DNA of 64,000 nucleotides, taken from positions 81,311 to 145,310 of the forward strand of contig VXWI01000036.1 in assembly GCA_009835985.1 (NCBI GenBank), given 5' to 3'. Shown in pieces: positions 1 to 9,007 of the stretch. Every line of letters begins with the position of its first letter. Positions within the stretch are counted from its first letter, which is position 1. The position numbers were made by a program, and so were the translations under genes. Below the pieces are notes generated by a model. The model saw only the letters and a program-made list of their open reading frames with translations, had not been told where the DNA came from and did not search any database. This DNA comes from Acidobacteriota bacterium (GTDB lineage Bacteria > Acidobacteriota > Vicinamibacteria > Marinacidobacterales > Marinacidobacteraceae).

Positions 1-3000
1 TTGCAGCTTCTTGCCTGGCGGCTGGGCCGCGATCTCCACCCCGAACTGGGCATCCACCGGCATTTCCGGAGCGAGCGATGCCGGATTGCCGTTCCAGGCC
101 TCGAACTCTTCATCGGTACCCGCGGCCACCGTCTCGTCGACCCCGTTTCCCGAACTCCCGCGCGCCGGTGCGCCGGAGTCCTCGCCAGCGGGATCGGCGC
201 CCTGACCCGTCCCGTTCGCCGTGTCCGCCGACTCATGGGAGACGGAAGGGCCAGGCGCTGCGACCAGCCGCAGTTCGGCGCGGCCGCCCCCGAAGAGTTG
301 CCGGAAGGCCTCGTCGAACCCGGCGTTGACCGCTTCGAAGCCCTCGCGGAAGATACGGCGAGCCTCGCGGTCCTGGCGGCGGATTGCGGCAAGCCCGTCC
401 GCGATGCCCTGCTCCACGTCCTCGAGGTGTGACTCGGGTTCGCGGCGTTCGGCCTGCAGTTCGCGGAGTCGTGCTTCGGCAATCTCGTTAACCGGACCCA
501 GGCTCCGGATGCGGTCCTGCGCCTGCCGCATCTCATCCGCGAGTTCCTCCCGGGACCGGCCGCGGAGCGACGCGGGAAGGGAGGCCGCCGCGTCAGGCAG
601 CGAACCCCCGCTGGCGCGCTGGAACTCGCCCTCCAGCTCTCGCAGGAGACTCCGGGCTTCCTGCGTTCGCGACCGGATCTCGTGCAGGTTCTCTTCGAGA
701 GCCCGAATCTCTCCCGTCCGGGTACGCGCCGCCTCCGCGGCGCCTTCGAGCCGGGTACGCAGGTCCGCGGCCCCGCGGGTCAGGGTTGCTTCCCGGACTT
801 CCCAATCCCGGATGGCGGCTTCGGCCGACTCCCGTTCGCGAAGCGCGTCCGCCCGCCGAATCAGCCATTCCTCTTCTTCGCGCCGAGCCGCGGCGCGCTC
901 GGTGCGGATCCGTTCCAGTCGCTGACGATCGTTCCGAACCTGCCGCTCGAGAGCTCGCGCCCGCCCCGCGACTTCGTCGGCCACCGCGTTCCCGCGCGCC
1001 AGTTCACGGTCGGCGTCGCGCCACTGCCCTTCCCGGGCCTCGAGCTCGCTCCGGAGGGCCGTGTGGGCTGCGTCCCGCTCGGTGAGTTCGCGGGACGCCT
1101 CCCGGTGCCGCGCCTCGTCGCGAGCCAGGAGTGCCGCCGCGCGGGCGTCGGCGTCCTCGTTGCCCTCCGCTTCCTCGGCGTGCCGGGAGACCTCGGCCTC
1201 CAGCTCTTCGATCCTCTTCGAGGCATCTTCGACGGTTTCCTCGTGCCGGTCCGCCTCGAGCCGGAGCCGGTGGGCGAGGTTCTCCGCCCGCGACAGCGCC
1301 TGCCGCAGGTCTTCGAGCGCTGAACGCGTCTTTCCCGCCGTCTCCTGTGCGTCCGCCGAGGCATGGGCCAGCCGGGCCAAATGCCCCCTTCCCTCACGTT
1401 CGCGGGCTTTGAGCTCGGCCGCTTCACGCCGGGTGCTCAGGAAGCCCTCACCCGGGCCGCCCCGTCCGAACCGCACGACTCCGGGGGGCGTCACGCTGGC
1501 GCCGCCCCGTGTCACGTAGGTGCCTGGTTTCTTCACAAAGGCCGCCAGGGCCTCCGCGAGATCCATGGTGACCGCCGCGTCCGGGACCACCCGATCGAGC
1601 GCCGGATCCACCGGTTTCAGGTGGTCGCCCAGCCGGTCGGTTCCGTCGTGCGCAGGCCGCTTTGAAGACCCGCAGGCCTCGAGCAGCTCGGACACCAGGA
1701 CCTCGGACGGACCGGCCTCCTGGCCGCCGAGTTCCTCGACAAGTTTCGCGACATCGACCACGCGGTCGATCCGGATGCGATGAACGCCGAGGAGCCGCTC
1801 CGCCGCCAGCTCGTATCCCGGGTCCACCTCCACCAGCTCGCCGAGCGCGCCGCCGGGGGCAAGTCCGCAGCGGTGAGCCGCCTCCACAACTCTCGAGGCG
1901 CTCTCGCCGAGCTGGTTCCGCGAGCCAATCAGCGCCTTGAGCAACCGGTGACGGTCCGAGAGGGCGGCCTGTTCCTTCTCGGCCCGCGCCTCTTCGTCCC
2001 GCGCCGCCTGCGCCGCGGCGGTCGCGGCGCGCCACGCCGCTTCGGCGGTCTCGAGTTCGCCGCGCCGACCGGTGATTTCGTCCTCCTGCTCCCTGACCCG
2101 CGAACGCGCCGCGGAGAGGCCCTGGGTCGCGTGATCCAGGCGAGCGGCGAGCTCCCGGCGACTACCCGAGAGCCCCAGTCCGTCCGCGGACAGCCGCGCG
2201 CGCCGAGTCGCGTACTGGTCCCGTGAGATCCGGAACGATCGGACACTCGCCCGCAGTCGATCCACTTCGCGCCGCAGTTCCCACAGGCGGGAATGGGCCT
2301 CGCGCTCCTCGGTCAGCGCCCGATCGCGGGCCGCCCCCCGCCTGTGCGCCGCCTCGGTCAACTCGGCCAGCCGGTCGGGGAACTCTCCGGCGCGGTGCTC
2401 GCTCTCCTGCCGCTCGGTCTCGAGATCCTCAAGCCGGGCTTCGAGGGTCGTGGCCTCCGATTCGAGGCGGGAGATGCGGGAGGCCCGGATCTCGGCCGCC
2501 CGGACGCCCTCGTCGAGGAGTGCGGCCGCGCGAGCCCGATGCGCCCCCAGCTCGCCGATTTTCCGGGTGGCTTCCCGAAGCTCCAACTCGGTGCCGGTGG
2601 CCAGTTTCCGAAGACCCTCCACGAACCGTTCGAAGGCCCGAAGGCTCCGGGACCGGCGGGCGAGCTCGGCGCCGAGAGCGTTTTCCGGGGCGGTGTTGCT
2701 CCGGATGCGCGAGAGGAGTTCTTCGCGTCGCGCCGCCTTTTCGGCAACACCGAGCATCCCGGCTCGTTCCGAGGCTTCCCGGACCTGGCTCGCGGTGCGC
2801 GAGTCGCGCCGCGCCACCCGGATGTACCGGTCCAGTTCACGAAGCCGCTCGCGCACCCGCTCGAGAGCCTTTTCGGCCGCCCGCAGGTTCGCCTCGCTTT
2901 CCCGTCGATTCAGGCGGTAGGCGCCGAGCCCCACCGCCTCGTCGACCAGCAGCCGCAGGTCGGCGGGCTTGCGGCTAAGCACGTCGTTGGCGCGCCCCTG

Positions 3001-3564
3001 CTCGATCAGCGCGTAGGACCCGGGGCCGAGTCCGGTTCCCGCGAACAGCCGCCGGATCTCGCGCCGCGTGCACCGCCGGCCGTCCATTTCGTAGACGGAC
3101 TGTCCACTGGCGTCCACCCGGCGGCCGACCACCACGTTCCGCCCGAGACCACCGGTCGCCAAGCCGTCTTCCGGCACAGTCTCGGCGGCGCCGTTCGCCG
3201 GCGCTCCGCGCGGGGCGTCGCCCAACGGAGGACCGCCGTTTCCGGCAACCGCTGCCGCTCCGTTGCCGGCGACTCGGTTCCCGCACTCCCCCGGGTCCGA
3301 ACGCCGGGCCCCGCTGACGTGGAGCCGCACTTCGGCGACCCCGAGGGGTTCGCGCAGGGCGCTCCCACTGAAGATGAGCTCCTTCCCCCGCGCCCGGATG
3401 GTCCCGGCGCCCAACTCTCCGAGCACCCAGAAGACCGCGTCGGCGATGTTGCTCTTGCCGCAGCCGTTCGGCCCCACCACCGCCGTGGCGCCCTGCCCGA
3501 ATTCAAGCGTCACCGGCTCGGCGAAACTCTTGAATCCGGCGATCTCGAGGCGCTCGATCCTCAC
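1..3564 (-). CDS. smc: Chromosome segregation protein SMC (3' end runs off the window)
   Basis: Absent from the ORF track because there is no stop in the window. Manual translation from GTG 3564 gives VRIERLEIAGFKSFAEP...VVGPNGCGKSNIADAVFWVLGE (Walker A), GLGPGSYALIEQG, coiled coils, and ...FRQLFGGGRAELRL...GVEIAAQPPGKKLQ at base 1 in the same frame. Confidence 0.95.
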   Translation of the reverse strand, partial: MRIERLEIAGFKSFAEPVTLEFGQGATAVVGPNGCGKSNIADAVFWVLGELGAGTIRARGKELIFSGSALREPLGVAEVRLHVSGARRSDPGECGNRVAGNGAAAVAGNGGPPLGDAPRGAPANGAAETVPEDGLATGGLGRNVVVGRRVDASGQSVYEMDGRRCTRREIRRLFAGTGLGPGSYALIEQGRANDVLSRKPADLRLLVDEAVGLGAYRLNRRESEANLRAAEKALERVRERLRELDRYIRVARRDSRTASQVREASERAGMLGVAEKAARREELLSRIRSNTAPENALGAELARRSRSLRAFERFVEGLRKLATGTELELREATRKIGELGAHRARAAALLDEGVRAAEIRASRISRLESEATTLEARLEDLETERQESEHRAGEFPDRLAELTEAAHRRGAARDRALTEEREAHSRLWELRREVDRLRASVRSFRISRDQYATRRARLSADGLGLSGSRRELAARLDHATQGLSAARSRVREQEDEITGRRGELETAEAAWRAATAAAQAARDEEARAEKEQAALSDRHRLLKALIGSRNQLGESASRVVEAAHRCGLAPGGALGELVEVDPGYELAAERLLGVHRIRIDRVVDVAKLVEELGGQEAGPSEVLVSELLEACGSSKRPAHDGTDRLGDHLKPVDPALDRVVPDAAVTMDLAEALAAFVKKPGTYVTRGGASVTPPGVVRFGRGGPGEGFLSTRREAAELKAREREGRGHLARLAHASADAQETAGKTRSALEDLRQALSRAENLAHRLRLEADRHEETVEDASKRIEELEAEVSRHAEEAEGNEDADARAAALLARDEARHREASRELTERDAAHTALRSELEAREGQWRDADRELARGNAVADEVAGRARALERQVRNDRQRLERIRTERAAARREEEEWLIRRADALRERESAEAAIRDWEVREATLTRGAADLRTRLEGAAEAARTRTGEIRALEENLHEIRSRTQEARSLLRELEGEFQRASGGSLPDAAASLPASLRGRSREELADEMRQAQDRIRSLGPVNEIAEARLRELQAERREPESHLEDVEQGIADGLAAIRRQDREARRIFREGFEAVNAGFDEAFRQLFGGGRAELRLVAAPGPSVSHESADTANGTGQGADPAGEDSGAPARGSSGNGVDETVAAGTDEEFEAWNGNPASLAPEMPVDAQFGVEIAAQPPGKKLQ

Positions 3565-3637
3565 TCGCTGGTCACCTGAAGATTGTGGCTGCGGCGCTGC
3601 CGAACCCGGGCGTATTGTACGCGGTCAATTGGCCAAC

Positions 3638-3685
3638 CCACAACATGTTGTGCCCCGAGAGGAAGACACCCCCAACATAGGGTGG
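3638..3685. promoter_or_regulatory. Tandem NrdR-box-like operators overlapping the smc promoter
   Basis: ccacaacatgttgtgc (3638-3653, perfect 14-bp palindrome) and ccccaacatagggtgg (3670-3685), 32 bp apart as upstream of nrdJ. A minus-strand -10 TACAAT lies at 3614-3619. Confidence 0.7.
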
Positions 3686-3869
3686 GTGCGAAGCTCTCGA
3701 TCTGAACCCGGAGCGCCAGGCCGCACCTGGCCCGGACAACGCCCCCGGCCTGGAACGCCGACCTCTGGTCGGTACCCGTTGCGCGACTTCACAGCGCACG
3801 GCGTGGCGCCGACCCGAGAGACGGCGCCCTCCGTGTCGCTCACGGGCTCCTAGAATCCGGAAGTCCGCC

Positions 3870-6140
3870 GTGGGTCTCCTCAGCCGCTACATCCTCCGGC
3901 TCATCGCCCCCGGCGTGCTCCTCGGGACCGCGGTCTTCCTGTTCGCGCTGCTGCTGAACGAACTGATCGTCAACATCGAGCTGATCGTCACCCAGGGAGC
4001 GAACCCGGAAACGGTAGGGCTGGCCTTCGCCCAACTGATCCCGGCGCTCCTGGCCGTGGCCATCCCGAGCGCCCTGCTTCTCGGGATCCTGCTGGCGCTG
4101 AACCGGCTCTCCAGCGAACACGAACTCATCGCGATGCGGGCCGGCGGGATCTCTCCCTGGCGCCTCCTCGTGCCGATCGGGACCGCGGCGGGAGCCACCT
4201 TCGGCCTGTGCCTGTGGTTGATGCTGGAGGTCGTCCCGCCGGCAAACCAGCAGTTCGTCGAACTGAGGGACGAGCTGCTGAGTTCCCGGCTGCGCACCGA
4301 GATCGAGCCGCGGATGTTCTATGACGAACTCCTCGACGGACGCGTCCTGCTCGTGGGAGCCGTACCTCCGGGTGAGGAAGGCTGGAGGCGCGTCTTTCTC
4401 GCCGACACCGCGCGCGCCGACGAGCCGACGATCTTCGTCGCGGACCGCGGACGGCTCGTGACCGTCGCCGAAGAGCGGTTGGCGTTTCTGGAACTCACCG
4501 GCGTGGAGGTCCACAACGCGGGGCTCGACGATCCGGGGCAGTACCGCATCCAGCGCGCGGAACGGATCCGCCTCCCGCTCGACGCGGAGGAGGTGTTCGG
4601 CCCCGAAACCCCGAGTGTCAGCCACAGCGCCCGCGCCATGTTGCTGCCGGATCTCGTCGCCGCCTACGAAGGCACCGACCACCCGATCTACCTGGTCGAG
4701 ATTCACAAGAAGTTCGCCTTCCCCTTCGCCTGCCTTGCCTTCGGACTGCTCGGCCTGGGCATCGGGATCCGTCCGTCGGCGGGACCGACGCGCGCGGGAT
4801 CGTTCGCGGTGGCGATCCTGGTGATCCTCGCTTGGTACGCGCCCAACGCGTTCGGCGAACAGCTTGCCGGGGCGGGAGAGCTGTCTCCCTGGATCGCCAT
4901 GTGGGGAGCCAACATCGCGACGGTGGCGGCCGGCATCGTCCTGTTGGCGCTGGCTTCGAGGGAGCTGCACCCGCTGGAGGCGGCCGGTCGCCTCCTCGGC
5001 CGGCTGTGGCGCCTGGTCCCTCGCCGCCGCTCGGCGGTGCGCCGGTGGCGTCCGCCGGGACTGCCCACGATCCTGGACCGCTACGTGGTTGCCCGCTACC
5101 TCACGTTCTTGCTGATAGCGCTGGCCGCGCTGCTCTCCTGGGAGCTGATCGGCCTGCTGAACGCGGTGATCGGCGACGCCTTCGAGCGCGACATTCCCCC
5201 CTCCACGGTGCTTCGCTACCTGGGCCTCTCAATTCCCGCGTTCACGGCCCAGATGCTGCCGCTCGCGACGCTTACGGCTACGCTCGTGACCTTCGGCCTC
5301 CTCAGCCGCCACAACGAGGTGACGGCGTTTCTCGCGGGGGGGGTCAGCCGGGCGCGCCTCGTGGCCCCGGCGCTCGCGACCGGACTGCTAGTGAGCGGCG
5401 CGGGCTTCGGGCTGCAGGAACGGCTGATACCCCAGACGGCGCCCCGAGCGGAAGATACGGGCGCCCGCATCCGGGGCGAGGCCCGGCGCACCGTCAATCC
5501 GCTGGAACGTCACTGGGGGCTCGGGCCCCAGGGACAGATCTACCACTACGATGATTTCGACGCGGACAACGTGGTCCTGAGCGGGCTGTCCGTGTTTCGG
5601 CTCAGTCCGGACGGCGCCTCGCTTGCCGCCCGCAGCTACGTGGCTTCCGCCCACTGGTCGGGGGCGGAAACGACCTGGACCGGGATCGGCGGCTGGGAGC
5701 GCGACCTCCACGGCGGCCGCGCCGCCGAACCGTTCGCCGTGCGGGAGATTCCGGACGTTTCCGTGCCGGATGCGCTCCTCAAGATGGACCTGGCCACCGA
5801 CCACCTTCCCTATCGCGACCTGGAGCAACGCATCGAAACGATCGAGGCGGCAGGTCACCGCGATCCGGTGCTCCACGTAGCTCTCGAGACCAAGACCTCC
5901 CTGCCCTTCGCCTCGCTCGTCACGGTGCTCATCGGGCTCCCTTTCGCTTTCCGGAGGACGAATCAGAGCGCCTGGGCGAGTGCCGCCATCGCCTTCGCGA
6001 TCGCGATCGTCTATCTGGTCGCCACCCAGTTCTTCCGTTCCATCGGAAATGCGGAGCTGCTCGACCCGGTGCTGGCGGCGTGGTCGCCGAACCTCTTCTT
6101 CGGGCTCGCTTCGGTCTTCCTGCTGCTGCAGCGTCGCTAG
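3870..6140 (+). CDS. lptFG: Fused LptF/LptG LPS export ABC transporter permease
   Basis: Two YjgP/YjgQ repeats: LNRLSSEHELIAMRAGGIS...EIHKKFAFPFAC, then ILDRYV...LSRHNEVTAFLAGGVS...AAWSPNLFF. Confidence 0.9.
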   Translation: MGLLSRYILRLIAPGVLLGTAVFLFALLLNELIVNIELIVTQGANPETVGLAFAQLIPALLAVAIPSALLLGILLALNRLSSEHELIAMRAGGISPWRLLVPIGTAAGATFGLCLWLMLEVVPPANQQFVELRDELLSSRLRTEIEPRMFYDELLDGRVLLVGAVPPGEEGWRRVFLADTARADEPTIFVADRGRLVTVAEERLAFLELTGVEVHNAGLDDPGQYRIQRAERIRLPLDAEEVFGPETPSVSHSARAMLLPDLVAAYEGTDHPIYLVEIHKKFAFPFACLAFGLLGLGIGIRPSAGPTRAGSFAVAILVILAWYAPNAFGEQLAGAGELSPWIAMWGANIATVAAGIVLLALASRELHPLEAAGRLLGRLWRLVPRRRSAVRRWRPPGLPTILDRYVVARYLTFLLIALAALLSWELIGLLNAVIGDAFERDIPPSTVLRYLGLSIPAFTAQMLPLATLTATLVTFGLLSRHNEVTAFLAGGVSRARLVAPALATGLLVSGAGFGLQERLIPQTAPRAEDTGARIRGEARRTVNPLERHWGLGPQGQIYHYDDFDADNVVLSGLSVFRLSPDGASLAARSYVASAHWSGAETTWTGIGGWERDLHGGRAAEPFAVREIPDVSVPDALLKMDLATDHLPYRDLEQRIETIEAAGHRDPVLHVALETKTSLPFASLVTVLIGLPFAFRRTNQSAWASAAIAFAIAIVYLVATQFFRSIGNAELLDPVLAAWSPNLFFGLASVFLLLQRR

Positions 6141-6155
6141 CGCGCTGAAACGTCG

Positions 6156-7289
6156 TTAGCGGAAGCGCTCCGCCGGGCCCAGCAGGGTGCCGGGAGGCGT
6201 CTCGGCGCCGGCGGCGACGCTGGCGCCCGCTCCCAGACAGGCCCCGACGACCGGAACTCCCACGCGCGCCGTGTGTTCGAGCACCTGGATCCGCTCGACG
6301 GGACCCGACAGGAGGCGTGCGCCTTCTCCGATCGAGGCGCCACGACCGAGCACGCTGTCCCGGACGATCGCTCCGGCGCCCACGCTCGCCCCTTCCATCA
6401 GCACCGCCCGTTCGACGACCGCACCGGCGGCGATTCGCGCGCCGGCGCCGAGTTCCACCGGTCCCACCAAACGCGCGTCGGGGTGAACGGAGGCTCCCTC
6501 GCCGACGAAGACGGCCCCTTCGCCCATCTCTCCCGCGCTGGTCTCGAATCCGAGCGCCCGGGCCCCTTCCCCCGGAGGGTCGCCGCCGAAGAGGGGCACG
6601 ATCCGTCCGATGACGTCCCACGGGTAGGTCAGCGGGATCCAGGGACGCCGGGCGCGCACCGCGCGCACTCCGGGAGAGCGCGCCAGGATGCGAATGAGGT
6701 CCGGAAGTTCGAGTTCGCCGCGCACGCTCTCGCGGACCTCCCCGAGGTGGTCCAGGTCTTCCCGCCTGAGCGAATAGGCGCCCACGCTGCTCAGCTCCCA
6801 GGGCCGGGCCGCCGGGGGCTTTTCCTGGACATCCACCAGCCAGTCATCTTCGGTGACCGTGACCGTCGCCCGGTTCCAGGGGTCGCTGGCCTCCTTGCAG
6901 AGAATCGCCGTCGGGTGCTCGCTCAACCGCGCCAGGTCGTCGTGGTGGTAGAAGTCGTCGCCGTTGAGAACGAGGACCGGTCCACGGACGGCGGCTGCCG
7001 CGACCCGCAGCGCGTCGGCGGTCCCGCGGGCGCTCTTCTGTTCCACGGGCACGAGGCGGATTCCCGCGTAGCGCGTTCCGAAGTGATCGAGGATCCGCTC
7101 CTTCTGGTACCCGACCACCAGTACCGCCGTGTCCACGACTCCTCGCAACTGGTCGAGTACGCGCTCGGTGAGCGGGCGGCCCCACAGCGGGAGGAGCGGC
7201 TTCGGAAAGTCGGCGGTCAGCGGCCAGGTCCGCTGTGACCTGCCCGCCAGGAGGATGACGGCGGTGGGCCGGGAAGCGCCTGCCGTCAC
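6156..7289 (-). CDS. Sugar-phosphate nucleotidyltransferase with C-terminal hexapeptide (left-handed beta-helix) domain, GlmU/Mpg-like
   Basis: VILLAGRSQRTWPLT..PKPLLP, EQ..ARGTADAL, VLNGDD, SVRGELELPD, and hexapeptide repeats. Start moved to GTG 7289. Confidence 0.8.
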   Translation of the reverse strand: MTAGASRPTAVILLAGRSQRTWPLTADFPKPLLPLWGRPLTERVLDQLRGVVDTAVLVVGYQKERILDHFGTRYAGIRLVPVEQKSARGTADALRVAAAAVRGPVLVLNGDDFYHHDDLARLSEHPTAILCKEASDPWNRATVTVTEDDWLVDVQEKPPAARPWELSSVGAYSLRREDLDHLGEVRESVRGELELPDLIRILARSPGVRAVRARRPWIPLTYPWDVIGRIVPLFGGDPPGEGARALGFETSAGEMGEGAVFVGEGASVHPDARLVGPVELGAGARIAAGAVVERAVLMEGASVGAGAIVRDSVLGRGASIGEGARLLSGPVERIQVLEHTARVGVPVVGACLGAGASVAAGAETPPGTLLGPAERFR

Positions 7290-7459
7290 CGATTCGCCCC
7301 GGCTCCGGCAGCGGAGAGGCCGTTCCGCGCCTCGGATTCCGGTCGAATCCGGGCTGCTAACATCCCGCGCTCTCTCAAACGGCGAATTCCGAGGCGAACG
7401 GCGAAGATCGCCTCTCACGACCGGTCAAGACCCCAAGGCGAGGAAGGCGTCCCGTAAGC

Positions 7460-8622
<1,163 letters not shown>

Positions 8623-8623
<1 letters not shown>

Positions 8624-8986
8624 CACCCTGTGAACAAAGTCACGCGGCATTCGAACGGCGATGCATCCCGTCTGAGCCGGGTCGCTACGCGCCCCTCATC
8701 GTTGCGTTTCGGTCGGAATACACCCGGTATTCCTCCTTCAACAGCCTGTAGTGAAACTCGCGCGGCATTCGAACGGCGATGCATCCCGCCTGAACCGGGC
8801 CGCTACGCGCCCCTCATCGTTGCGTTTCGGTCGGAATACACCCGGTATTCCTCCCTCACGCGCCTTGTCAGCCGGGCGCCTCGCCGTTCTCGGTGCTCAC
8901 GCCAGTTCCACCACAGGCTGTTACGCGCCTTGTCAGCCGGACGCTTCACCGTTCTCGGTGCTCGCGTCACTTCGTCCACCGGCTGC
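8623..8986 (+). mobile_element. 181-bp MITE (outer copy, subtype with GTGGACAAAGT-like ends) interrupted by a nested copy
   Basis: Ends GCACCCTGTGAACAAAGT / ACTTCGTCCACCGGCTGC, flanked by TA at 8621-8622 and 8987-8988. Its 364 bp equal 181 + 181 + 2. Confidence 0.85.
8741..8921 (+). mobile_element. 181-bp MITE (inner nested copy, subtype with GTGGTGAAACT-like ends)
   Basis: TIRs ACAGCCTGTAGTGAAACT / AGTTCCACCACAGGCTGT; near-identical to the reverse complement of 51601-51781; flanked by CA/TA. Confidence 0.85.
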
Positions 8987-9007
8987 TAGCACGAGTTCGC
9001 GGCGGGA

